A stretch of DNA of 63,060 nucleotides, the filler included, from Sphacelaria rigidula (taxonomy: Eukaryota): assembly GCA_964200075.2 (NCBI GenBank). It is 7 parts of 7 records of this genome, joined end to end, with 100 filler letters (N's around TTAATTAATTAA, not from the genome) between each part and the next. Parts side by side here need not be neighbours in the genome. Positions count along the whole stretch, not along the records: positions 45,116 to 54,038 come from CAXNAA020009746.1; positions 54,139 to 63,060 come from CAXNAA020009747.1; 5 more parts are not named here. One strand, given 5' to 3'. The position numbers and the translations under genes are program-made. Below the pieces are notes generated by a model. The model saw only the letters and a program-made list of their open reading frames with translations, had not been told where the DNA came from and made no database searches. Below are positions 50,619-63,060 of this stretch, one piece after another; position 1 is the first letter of the stretch, and every line of letters begins with the position of its first letter.

Positions 50619-53600
50619 TTGGCGTTTGCTTCGTTTCGGAACAACTTTGGCAGCAACATGAGGGTAAATCCTCAAGCCCCGGCCTGGACCCCGGGGCTAT
50701 GCAGCAGCGGAGACCACAGTTGGGGTAGCCTAGACAAAAATGGAGGGGCTGTACACTACGTGGGTACGCACACCAGAAGCGAGGAAGGAGTAGAGTCGGA
50801 CAGATCAGGAAAGTTGCACCTGCCTATGAGAGAAGACACACGCCGGGCTAACAAACAGAGCCGGAAAGTCTACAGTGCGAGCATGAAAAAAGAAGAAAAA
50901 GAGAGGAGGACAAGGAGGAGGAGGGGTCCAGCTAGGCGTATGCTTGCTAGGAAAGCAGCACGAATAGCCCGGGTGAGGCAGCGGAGTCAACTTGTCAAGG
51001 TAGCAGCTTACAACGTCAGAACTCTCGCTGTGAAAAGAGCAAACGGATGGGGGCGAGACTACGGCATTCTGTATGAGGCTTCGAGACTAAACATCTCGGT
51101 GGTAGGACTACAGGAGACACGGAGGGTAGGACGAACAGGCTGTACAGCAGCAGCGTCCAGAGTCGTACGCTGTGGGAACGAATTAGGTGGGCAACTCGGG
51201 GTGGGGCTAGCGATCAAAGAGTCGATTTTTGCAACACTGCCACCTATATCACTGAGTATATTGACGAACGCCTCATGGCAATGCGGTTTGAAATCTCGGG
51301 GCAACGCGGAGCGATCAATTTCATAGTTGCGTATGTACCAACCGAAGTCGCCAAGGATGAAACCAAATAAGCGTTTTGAGGTGTTCTGAACCATGTAGCA
51401 CAGCGGATCCCGTCGACGGAGTGTGTTCATGTGTTGATGGGCGCTAACGCACGAACGGGGAAAATATTCGGATAGGGCCTACAGGACGAAGGAATCCTAG
51501 GAGGCCTATGGACGTGATGAGCTGAATGATAACGGTCACCCACTCCTGACTTTCGCAGCGGACAACAAATTAGAGAACACCTTCAGCACGCGTGAAGACG
51601 GAATATCACACACGTACAGCGGTGTTCCAGGGAACTGCGCGAGTGACTCCAAGCGCATAGACTACGTACTCACCCGGAAGACACACCGAGGTAGAGTGCG
51701 CAACGTAGCCGTCACCCCCAACCCGCACCTCCGGCCAAAGCTGACTCGGATCACAACAGGGTGGTGGCCACTGTCGACCTCGGTGGCCGCCTCGTCCACA
51801 ACCATACCGTACGAACAAAATCAAAGCAGCGGCAATTCAGTAGACATCAACTGCAGATCGAAGTAGCTCGGTAGTGCATGACCGCGAGGTTCCTACACAA
51901 CCTCGGGGAGCGAGCATACCAGCTACCCACCACCATACCGGCGGCCGCGAAGGACTTCACCGAAGCTATCCTAGAAGCAGCACAGGCAGTATTCCCGGCA
52001 GAGACACGGATACTACGTATGCCGGAATGATGTAAAATCCCGGACACGACAGCAACTGTAAAGGCAGCGCTTGCCCACCGATGGGAGGCACGCCGACTGA
52101 TGGAAGACAACCGGACCCCAGCAACGTGGAAAGCACTCGGAGGCGCGTGTAAGGGACTGCGTAGTGCGATAGACGATGGCGTCCATGTACACCTACAGGG
52201 GTGTGTAGCGAGGCTAGAAGTGACCTACAAGGATCGCGACATGTGAGGCCTGTACAAACACCTCAAGAGGTGGGTGGGTCTTGGCGGGAGGCAATCAGGG
52301 GAGCAGCAGTTGATCAAGGACGAGAACGGGGTTCTACTAAGGAGCAAAATTGAGATCCTGAAGCGATTGGCAAGGTTTCTTCGAACCCTGCTCAACACCA
52401 ACTCGCCCACGCTGAATCCAGTCATCATTGGGGAGGCGAAGCAGCGACCGATAGTATTACCCAACCGGAGATTCGGTAGCGTTTGGGTCAGCGCCACCGC
52501 TGGAGGACACCATACGAGCAGTCCAGGGAATGCAAAACTGGAAAGCGCCGAGACACGCCTCCCTCCTTGTAGGACTACTCAAGATCGACGGTCGCGCCGA
52601 GTCTATCCTTATCGAACGCTTCCATGCCATCCTCGTCGAGGTGTGGAACGGAGGTGAGGTCCCGCAGGAGTGGAAATATGCTACGATAAAACTGCTCTAG
52701 AAAAAATCCGACCGCTCCAACTGTAACAACTACCGAGGAATCTCAGTGGGGTCGCACCCAGGGAGAGTGCTTTCAAAGATAGTGGCCGACCGCCTCAGCG
52801 ACTACTGGGAAGCCCATGGGATACTGCAGGAGGAATAGTGCGGCTTCCGACCTGATCGATCCACTGTCGACATGTTGTTTGTAGTGCGCCAACTCCAGGA
52901 ACTGAGACGGCAACGCAGAAAACCGCTATATATGTGCTTCGTCGACCTCCAAAATATCCATGATTCGGTCGACCGAGAGCTCCCATGACAGATGCTTGCC
53001 CGAGCTGGTATTCCGGATGAGATTACAGCAACTATCCACCAATTCCACGATGGCATGCAGGCCCGCGTACGCGTCGACGACGGGGAGCTCTCGGAGTGGT
53101 TTGAGGTTCCTCAGGGACTACGGCAAGGATGTGTGCTGTCTCCGCTACTGTTCAATATTTTCGCTGCGGCGCTTGAGACGCTTCTCGTACGATTCAGCGA
53201 GGACATCATCCTCAAGAACATGTTATATCTCGACCAGGAAGTGGTGAGGGGGACGGAAGCGCTTCTGGAACGCGTACGGAGAGCGGTGTGGGGAACTGTA
53301 TGCCGATGACGCGGCTATCGCCTCGAAGTCCCCCGGCGACCTGGCGAGGATGATGACCGTTATAGTACGCGTTTTTTGGGGCCTTCGGAATGGCCGTGTC
53401 GGAGAGGAAGACAGACACTGTACTAATGCGAGTACCGAAAATTCGCCACAGAAGGGGGAGTCACCAACACCACCTCCCCCGCCACTGGCCATCGAAGCAG
53501 CGGGCCAGAAGTATGCACCAACCACGAAATTCCGATACTTGGGCGGGCTCGTCACCGAAGATGGCGAGCTCAGACAAGAGATCAACAATCGGAGAGGAGC

Positions 53601-53968
53601 CGCGTGGGCATACATCAGAACGTTTTCCCGAGAGTTCTTTGGCTGACCGAAAGCACCGTGGAGACTCAAGGTCTGACTGCTTAAGGTGGCGGCGATGGAG
53701 GCCCTACTGTACGGATGCAAGACGTGGGCCCCACGCCGCGAGCACTACCGGTTGCTGAGGACGGTACACTACCGGCTCCTGCTGCGAGTTATCGGGTACC
53801 GCCGCGTGCGTGCCACATACCGATAGTGTCTGTACGCCCAGGCCCTCAAGAAGACTGGGTGCCAACGTGCTGAAGCCATCGTTCGAGAACGGCGACTGCT
53901 GTTCGCAGGAGCCCTGGCTGGACAACCGGACGGACGACTACCGAAGCGACTGGCATTCGGAGCACTCG
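50619..53968 (+). mobile_element. Degenerate RTE-like LINE (apurinic endonuclease + reverse transcriptase)
   Basis: EN motifs AYNVRTL, GLQETRR, GVGLAIK, IDYVL and SDH. RT motifs [46 protein letters not shown] and FRYLG. Many stops and frameshifts; 5' boundary uncertain (may extend to about 49800). Confidence 0.9.
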
Positions 53969-54199
53969 TGGGGGGGGGGGGCGTACTCATTTGTTGCTTG
54001 CCTTAGTCATTTGACCATTGACCACGCATCCCTTTCGANNNNNNNNNNNNNNNNNNNNNNNNNNNNNNNNNNNNNNNNNNNNTTAATTAATTAANNNNNN
54101 NNNNNNNNNNNNNNNNNNNNNNNNNNNNNNNNNNNNNNCGTGAGTTGACGCGGTGCGGGAGTACTGGCCCAATCCGCCAGACCAAAATGTAAGGCGCGT

Positions 54200-54280
54200 A
54201 CCAGGGGAGAGATGGGCTGATCCCTTGTGACCACGGACTCATCCCGAGGAAGTGGAGGGGTTCAAAGTGCGAAGAAAACA
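54200..54280. repeat. Dispersed repeat fragment shared with about 15735-15820 and 57572-57650
   Basis: Shared GGGGAGAGA.GGG.TGATC.CTTG.GA...GGACTCATCCCGAGGAAG.GGAGG core. Confidence 0.55.
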
Positions 54281-54377
54281 CAAATCAAACGCGGCGAATT
54301 CGACATATTGTATGCACGATAAAGAGTGTGCCATGAATCAGCAAGTCCGGATAACAAGTGTAAAAAGCACGGCTCAC

Positions 54378-57300
54378 TTGCGTAGCATTGGAGTCTTGCC
54401 CAACACCAGATGTCGCGACGGTGTCCACCAACTGTCCAGAATCCACATCTTTCTGGCTCATGGTGTACGTCGCTGTACACTTGAATTCCGCCTTGGGACT
54501 CAACAGCTGGACCGACCCCTGTTTTCAACAGCAGTAGTAACACCGATAGCGAGGGGAACGTTTCACAACTTTCGCATCGCCTCCCAGAATATCAACATCT
54601 TCTCCTTGTTTTGTTCTTTCACATTTGTTTTTTGTTCCGTCTGTTTTTGTTTTATTTTGTTATGGCTTCCGGTTTACTCGTGATTCCGCTTCATGTTCTA
54701 GTTCTTCTTCCACTTTCCTGTTCCATTATCAAGCGTTTTCACGTTGTTCTCCTTAGGTCCGTGCACTATCTCGTAGATAATGAGTACGACTGGAATCCTT
54801 GGGGAGAAATTAATGTGCGGCAATCAATCAACCAATCAATGAATCAACCAATCAATCCCTGCCCCGATCTCTGCTGTTGCGAAGACTCACCAGCTTATTG
54901 CTGTTTCGAAATGGTTCGTGTAAGTCCCCCTTCTGATGCTCTTCGTACGCCAAGACAAAACATGAGCACTCGAAAACGCGATGAGCTCGGGCCCAACATG
55001 TTTCTCGTGCGTCCCGTCACAGTGACGGAGGTTTTCGGTCGCAGGCGACATTTGCTGCAGTATTTAGCATCTCAGGAAAACGCACTGACGGGGACACCCG
55101 CTCACGGCAGGCGATGCAAAAATTGTGTACCACTCATACGTTGGCAGTAGACAACATTTGGACGAACCCTTGAAACAGTTCTTGACTCCAAATGCGGCTC
55201 TCCTCCTAAATCTGCATATCAGCATCTACTTATAAAATGAAGTCATGAAAGTTACGCCCAAGCATGGGGCATGAAACACAAGTAGGTGAACAATCGTGCG
55301 AATTACCTCCAGCACCTCATAACCGAAAGTTGCTTTTATTCGCCGCTGCATCGGCACATCATCCGCCCTCTCAAGTGTCACATGCTACGCAAGAACGTCT
55401 GCGGAAGCCCTCCAAAAAGTGCGTAAGTTGGGCGGGGGGTATATGATCTCAAACGCTGTATTCGTGGGATATCTTGTGTCTCACATTCGAAGTTAGCGCG
55501 CCCTCGAACCCATCATCGCATTCCAGAGTGTCGTGCTGGATCGAAGCGGCAACGAAAATAGTCCCAAGTCGGACATTTCCGGTATTCTGTATGGTGATGG
55601 CGTAGTTCATCGTTTCTCCGGCGTCGCCGAAACCGTCGCCGTCCTCGTCCGCAAAATCGCCAAGCTCAACTGTTGTTGAATCCATATGTGGGGCGTTGAC
55701 AGGAGGATCAAGGTATTCGGTGTGGTGTACGTTGCATGTTCTGCGAATCCCGATTGGGGCGAAGCCTGTGCTCCAAGATTCTGCTAGTACGCAGGAAGTG
55801 TTGGAAATTTGACAATGGCAAAGGCAAATACAATCGCTATTATACCCACTAGTACCGCCAGATATCGACAATCATGCGCTTGTCGGGGAGGCATTCCGGT
55901 CGGAATCCTGACCCACTTGACGGGAAGATGCCTCACCAACATTGGTATTGCCGCTAACTATTGCATGGCTTAGGCGGCCCTCCTCCACATTCCTTTACAC
56001 TTGAAACATAGAAAACGAAACGCATCCTTGAACAAAATATCACAATCAACACGTCGCACATCCGTCGAAACTCGACATATACAAGAACAAGTAGCTGTCG
56101 CTCATTCTCACCCACGAAGACCCCTACGGCTTGTTCGAAATCCTGTGCGACCGTGGCCTCTTTGAAAGTCACCCGACCGTCACTAGCCTCTCCTCTAGCG
56201 AACAACGTGGTTGTGATTCCTCCAGCGTCTAGCTCGTCTTGAGTCAAGGACAACATGGACGAGCAAATAATCTCGCCGTAGGGTGCCAACACCAATGTCT
56301 CCGTCAGTTCAGGCGCGCAGTCCGACTCCACTCCGGATGTTTCCAACAGCGGAACAGTCAGGGACATCCTACGGAAAGCGTGACCGTGCACGTTGTTATT
56401 ATTCAAAACTATATACCACGCTTCGTATGAAGCCAAAGTTGGAGCTCTTCGCACAGGACGTCGGTACGTAATGTTAGTATGCCACTTGGTGCCTTCGATG
56501 GATGACAGTATCAAATATCATATCAAGTCAACTCCGTGTCTGATAAGCGTCTTTACCTTTTTTACTGTTGGCTTTTGTGCACGCGCAAGCCTTCGCAGGC
56601 GGTAAGTCGGGTAGTCAAAACCTCGGAATGAGCATCTCGAAAAAGGCAAAAATGAACCTCGAGGTTGACGGATCAGACAGCCGGGTTCGGTAGCAACTTC
56701 GTTGAGATTCATGAAGCATATTCATTCCATGCGAGTGTGATCATGTGTCGCCGCCGTGACTGTTTCGTGCGAGCAAGGTCGGCACGCTCACTGTTAACGG
56801 CCATCACACAACAGCTGTTAGATACGTGTCCTATGTGCTATGGTAAAATAGGGGTGGAGAAAGTCATGAAGATGGCGTCTACAGTTTTTCCGACGCGCGA
56901 AATGCGACGCTACCTTCAACGGGACCTCTAGATGTCATCTCTGCGGCTCTTCAGCGTCGCTCAAAAGAAAAACTCGAGTTCAGGTGAACATTTCTTGAGC
57001 TGAATTGCGCAAGAAGACCGTGTGGTGTTTGAACCAGGAACAACCATTACTAAGCGACGAGAAACCTCAGAACGCCTCCAATGCTCACTCTGTCAGCGAG
57101 GTAGTTCCAGTGTTTCGTACGGTGAAGCTGAAGATGACGCTGTCTCCCGCGTGGAGCACGGCAGTGGCGCTGACAAGGGATGCGGAGGCATCTGCCATGA
57201 AAAGCACGACGAAAGTTGCGAAGGTGTATACGAAAGATGTGACAGGCAGTGCTTGCAGGGTAAAGCTTCCATTAGTCATTTTGATTCTAGCACACGGCAA

Positions 57301-60300
57301 TTGCATGGGGTTGAATACTAGTATGGATGCTGCGGCAGGGTTAAATCATGGGCATATACCGAAGCTAGAACACGCACAACCCTGGAAACTGCGTAGGCGA
57401 CAGTAGCAAACCAAGGAGTGATTTACATTTGGATCCATTGTTCTATGTGCAAACGGTGTTGTTTCACTTGTAAACCCTCATGGTTCGACAACCCTCCCTC
57501 GACACCCTGTGACTGGTTTGCGATATGCCTGGCAATCCAATACTCGAAAATGGAGTGCGGGCAGGTACTGGAGGGGAGTGGGGGAGCAGGTTGATCCCTT
57601 GAGACGACGGACTCTTTCTCGAGGAGAGAGTGAGAGGTGTTGAAAGAACGATCAAAGATCCCCGCGACTCTATACTACTATGTGTACGTTCAAGCTTGCG
57701 TATACTTTACAATGATTTGCCATCATAATTGAAACGTCACGTATCGCTACTTAATGCCCATGCCCACTGGAGTTTCTTACCTAAACTCAGAGCGGGGTGA
57801 ATAGTCCACTGCACGAGGTCGAAGTCTTGCGATGATATCGTGTCGGCTCCTCCGGCGACCGGCGGCAAAGCGATTACCGTGGCTAGGTTGGTGATGGAGA
57901 CGACGTCTACGTCTGCTTGGGTGAGGGTGTATCCTCCCGTGCAGTATATGGTCGCGTCTTCCGGGCAGAATGCGCTGGAAACTGCAAACAAGTAACGTCC
58001 AAAAACGCCTCACACGGTGATTACATCATGATAACATCGAAAAAGTAATGATCAGCAACTCTCTTCAGGAGATGGTCGAAGGCTCTCGAAGGTGACATCT
58101 AAGATTTGAGGTCTCGTGATGATTATATGATTAAAACTGCCCTCTCTGATTGGGTCAGTCGGATTCCATCGGTATGATTACACAGTTTGGCTTCCATCAG
58201 TCTGATGTACGACATCGGCGCAATGTTGTTGCTAGTTCATTCTCACACATCACGTATCGTGGTTGCTCACTTCAATTTCTTCACGCAGGTACGAATGGCA
58301 CGCCACGTGAGGGAGCTAGCACGTAGTACGCAACTCCCAGGCAAAGCACCCCGCCTTCCGTCCCCCCTCCCCATTGGTAGCCTACTTGGGTCGCAAGAAA
58401 GCGAGAATCAGATATCCAAATATCCAATGTCCGAATCGAAGGTCATTGGCCTACATGGATACTTGTGGCACACGGCATGGCCGGCCCCCTTCCCACGCCA
58501 CAGGCTTGACAGAGAAAACAAGTTGTTCGCTGGTTTGGTCTACTGGTTGGTTGACTGGTTGATTTATTGTCGCAGATGGACTAGTCCGCTGCGAGTTCAG
58601 GCGCGATCACGAGGTCGACGTGCCCCAGGAAGAAACTAATCTTTTGAAACCGAAAAAGGGGAAGAATAGGCAGAGTTGAGTGAAAACACTAGATGAGAAA
58701 TTAACGGCGCCAGGCTAGGAACCGATATTGGTCCCGAGGGAAACCCAGACAGGCTACTGTGAGGGCTGCAAGTCAGGAGGCCGTACGGAGAACAAGGCCC
58801 CGGGGGCATGTTGCGACTCAGCTAGCTGGATACCGCACTATCAGGGCAGGAACTCTCAGCCCACCGATTCTGCAAGAGGGAGCCAACATCAATAATAATA
58901 CTAGAACAAAAACAACAAGCACGTGCCTATCACGAGGAGGCATGTTTGATCAGTCGAAATTATCTCACTTATGCCGCATGAAAGTGAAGATCCAAGCCTC
59001 ATTTCTGCGATGTCAACGTCAGTGAAACAAACGTTCCCGGTGTTGTTGACCTCAATGGCGTATACGAGGGTGTCTCCCTTCCTTGCCAGACCGTCAGAAG
59101 ATTCTATCAGGTGTTTGCTCGACAATCCTGATACATAGCAGCACAGTAGGAGTCGTTCGACGACAAGGGAAGGACGTCAAACAAGCAGCTCAATTAGCCT
59201 AATCGTCCCGGGCTGTTGCTTCTGAATCCCTTGATTTTCTCATCTTCCTGTCCTCTCTGGCAACTTAGTACTGCGAGATGTGATCAGCACGAGGGGTAAG
59301 AGTGGGACCGATAGTGACCCTGGGGGACAAAACCACAAGGTGCGCTGTAGCCTGGACCGAAATGCAGGTATCCCTCAGTGTCGACGAGAAGCGACTCGAA
59401 AGTAGGGAGATGTTTCCCAGTGTCATCTTTTGCGAGGCACTGAATCAATGACTTCTACTGTTCAGGGTAAATGAGTGGATGCCTTGTACATGTCAGAGGC
59501 TAGAAGAATGCAAATTTCTCATGGCCATGCCACGAATTACCGCATGGACCATCACTACAGTATGAAACTGAGCACAGGAAGAGATCTTCAACGGTAGTGT
59601 CGTGAAATGCGGCATCAACAACCTGCACTTCCACGATAAACGTTGTGAAGACTTGTCCCATGAAAACACCGCCAAGCTTGAACACCGTTGCTGTTGATTG
59701 AACGCCAGGACATGGACATCAGTGCTCCAATTAACACCCAAGAAGTAACACTATACGCTGGAGAATCATGGCGCCAAAATATGTGATCTGTTGACGTGCA
59801 CAAGCCCGTCCAGATGACGCACTAATAGATACTCCGTGCAACGCATGCCTACCGCAAGGCACTAAGCATTGTTCTCGTTCTTCAGGAGTGCAGAAAACTT
59901 TAATCCAGACCCAGAACCTTGATGGAGGAATAAACAGCACGCAACGTTTTACTCGCGTCGTGAGATTGTGCCAGTAGTGCGGACCATCAACTCCACGTAC
60001 CTATGGAGATTGCAGGCGACAAAATAAGTTCCTGGGTGTACTCAGCCTGACTGATTGACGTATTGCCCAAAGCTGTCGTGCTTGTAACAATTGCGATGCT
60101 CGTCACCTGAAGCAATGCGTCGAGAGGGGAGCAGGTCGGGGTTGTCTTGATATGTTGCAGTAATTGTTAACGGTAAATATCTTGTCTTGTCCTGTCGTTG
60201 TGAAACCCGGTTCGTTGGAAAACATCGAGGTAAGGCGTTGTGGATCGTGGTATATGCGGACGCACATCTCGTTGTGGTGTGGCGCTGGGGGAAGTTGATG

Positions 60301-61719
60301 CTCGCGTTTCAAATCCTCCCGATATCTAGGGTACTCGTATGGAGGAAAGAATCAGGTCCGCCGTGTATCACGCTGCTTGACACAGGTTCGTACGTATCAA
60401 TATACGACTCAACATCTGCAAGCAACCGTGCAACGTGTGTGGGGATCCCCGGAAACCGTCGAGCGCATGTGGTGCAAATTTTTCTCCCGGCTCAAATCCT
60501 TCGGAAGTCTACGGTATGATTCCGCCAAACAGGCGTCCGTTGTGCCTTGCCGTCTGACTCAGTTTCGTACGTGTATCTGCATGCAGTACGATTCAACATC
60601 TGCAAGAAAACGTACAACTTTGTGAAGCTCCTCGCCATAAAACATCACTCGCATCTGGTGCAAAAGGCGAGGGAGTCCTACGTTGTCACTTGTAAGTCGA
60701 CTGCTGCAGGAATTGCCGACTGTATTGTACAGGGTTATGTACTGGTGTACCTCGCCAGCATCGATATCCTCTTGGGCAATATAGTATGAGCCGCTGCATA
60801 CAGTAACTTCACCAGGATAGAGTCGTGCTTGTGACTGCAAGTTGGGCTCACAGGACAGAGACTCCACCTGTGGGGATATCGCCGTTTAACGATGAGAGGG
60901 AACGGTTGCATTCAATCCTAGGGCACATTTTGAGGCACGCCACGGTAGGGGTTGCATATCTGGGCCCTAATGCTTCCAATTGAGCGGATCCTTAAGTTAG
61001 GAGCCATCCAAGAACATGGGTCAGCTCATTCCTGTCTTGGAATTCAGCGGGATATCCCTAGCCCATTGGAATACTATTCGTGGCGTCCCTCACATATTTT
61101 GTACGTCGTTTTTTCGACGAGGTAAAAGGATCCTGACGAGTCCAACCGGATGATGCTTTGTGCACCCCTACCATAGCACCACCCTTTGCGGTCATGAAAA
61201 TTTCGGATAATGCTTAGGGCGTGAAATGGTATGCACAGCTCATATTCGAACTCAGTTTCATCGCTGATGGTGGTGCAGGCAACGGAATGTCAACCTGAGC
61301 GGGAGTCGAAAAAGACAATGCATGCTTAATTCACACTGTGACTACGTTCAGGTTTCAGCTGGTATACTATTGTCGACACAGCGTATGGCGACTTCGGAGA
61401 CGCGACGGTTGATTTATACACATGTACGCACCGACCGCACGGCTAGTTAAAAACTAAGCACTCACTATGTGTAAAGCTCGACGCTATTCGGCAGCTTCTG
61501 TTGTCGATTCTGTCCTGCTATCCCTATCCCTACGACTGAACGGCAAGATCAGAGCGAGTTATTCCCACGAGAACAGTGTGCTCACCTTCGAGTCCTCTAC
61601 GATGAAGGACCAAAGGGTCAGACTCCCGCTGTTTGTGAGGGTGGTGTTGAACAGGATGCGGTCTCCGGCCGCGGAGATTGAATCGTTATCCCCGACAGGC
61701 GTGTAAACTGCAGTTCTAC
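54378..61719 (-). CDS. Multi-exon protein with tandem DUF11/DUF7507-like (Ig-like, bacterial surface-protein type) repeats; partial
   Basis: Eight phase-compatible GT-AG exons: 61719-61586, 60867-60751, 60106-60001, 59127-58969, 57981-57781, 57191-57089, 56368-56112, 55669-55485, plus 54518-54378. Repeat motifs G(D/E)xxx(Y/F)xxx(V/L/I)xN(T/S)G and LxPxxxxxCxxxYxxxQxDxDxG. Confidence 0.82.
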
Positions 61720-63060
61720 CTGAAAGCCATGATCACGAGAAGTGTCAGCAGTTGATGTGTATATAACCTAGGGACAATTGACTGATAACGTTCATAAGCT
61801 GAACAAAACTTCAGTACTTCGTCTGCACCACCATGTATCCCAAATATATTTCTGGTCGTCAACGAAAAAGGCAGCGGCGTGGTGAGAAAGGAGACGGAGG
61901 GATTGCTAAGAAATCTCTTCCGGTACCCCAGGAGACGATTCACCACACCCTACCGCAGCACCACTATTGTCCCCGGAAGAAACGTCAACAGCGACGGATG
62001 ATATTTCCTGCAATAATCCCCATCTGAAACCCTGCGAGGTCAATGGTCTTATGACTACGGCATGCATGATCATGAGTACACCCCCAAAATCAGCCTAAAA
62101 CTGTCACGGCGAAAAGGGTCATACAGCGCCTGATGTTGGTTTCAGGTTGCATGAAGCGCCTCATATGGGCGACACCGGCGGAAACGAACCCAAACGTGGG
62201 ATTTCCCAGCTGCTCGTTGTGCTTGGCCTCTTTCATTTGGATTCACGTGTAGATTTTGCCTCTCCAAACCAGGCAATTTTTGGGGGGGGCATTGCAGAAA
62301 GTGTCGGATACGCAAGTACCACGCGACACGGGGTACAGCAGCCACTCATATGTACTCCCCCTCGCCCGGAGCGACTATGTTGGTGTTGTCTCGGAAGCAA
62401 TGCCATAAAGCCACTTAATCATTTTGCCGCCACTCCACAGAATAATTTATGCGTGATGAGTTGACAGTTTCACTACCAGGCTGAAAAGTATCTCTTGGCG
62501 AAGTATGGAAGGGAAAACGAACCGTTTGGTAACTCTCCACGCCAAATGTTGAGACAAACACGTTATGCCGCTGTCATTTGGCATAGGCATACGAAGGCCA
62601 TTAGATGCTGTCTCGCGTACTGGCACACAACATGGCGTGAGCTAGAAAAACACTGGTTGTGCGCTCATGCACAGCATCTGGTGTCGCGCTAAAACTTCGA
62701 AAAAGACAGCACGACAATATGGAGGATAATTTGTTCACAGTCGAGGTTACGTCTTCAGCGAACAGCCGAAATCTATGATTGTGGTATGCAAAGTCAGTAC
62801 ATGCGAGAGGGTAACTCATGTCCGACTCTGTGCCAATCAGGTGCACACACGTTTGGTTCAACCTGAGCTCTTGGCTCTATGTGAGAGTCTGCTGCAGTTT
62901 AACACCCACCGAACCAGTAACAATGGGTGTACAATCATTGATACAACTGAAAAAAAAGTCAAAGCTGATGAGGGGGGGGGGGGGGGGTACTCATTTTGTT
63001 GTTTCCTGATGTGTGGGACCTTTAAAAAGGGTGTGGTGCGCTCGGGGGGGGGGGGGGGGG

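Noticed and set aside
49669-54038. Direct repeats flanking the RTE LINE as LTRs
   Set aside because: They are independent LINE-A 3' fragments at G-runs, also found elsewhere, with no TG...CA ends, PBS or PPT.

Overview
This is eukaryotic, intron-rich, repeat-rich nuclear DNA, most likely from a brown alga or other photosynthetic stramenopile. The inference rests on long GT-AG introns, bipartite signal+ASAFAP-like plastid presequences and a probable flagellar coiled-coil exon. It is not one locus: identical 100-nt linkers (44 N + TTAATTAATTAA + 44 N) recur every 9023 nt, so the window joins seven contigs (six of 8923 nt, one of 8922 nt) and adjacency across linkers is meaningless. Spliced genes reconstructed by hand: (1) plastid APE1/DUF2854, 4 exons, minus strand; (2) a RING + LON-substrate-binding (LONRF-like) gene, 2 exons; (3) an 8-exon minus-strand gene with about four bacterial-type DUF11/DUF7507-like repeats, with phase-1 introns at the repeat boundaries; (4) a C2/Pro-Thr/(PGNSGDA)n gene apparently inactivated by a copia LTR element; (5) exon 1 of an unknown plastid-targeted protein; (6) a probable CCDC42/CFAP73-like exon. 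The rest is mostly transposons: two degenerate LINEs, a hAT element with a perfect 8-bp TSD, nested and fold-back MITEs, and retroposon tails. The most unusual signal is a LINE plus a short partner repeat that share a 3' end running into oligo(C) and sit at G-runs. One copy has an 18-bp TSD ending in G6, suggesting G-run-primed retrotransposition.
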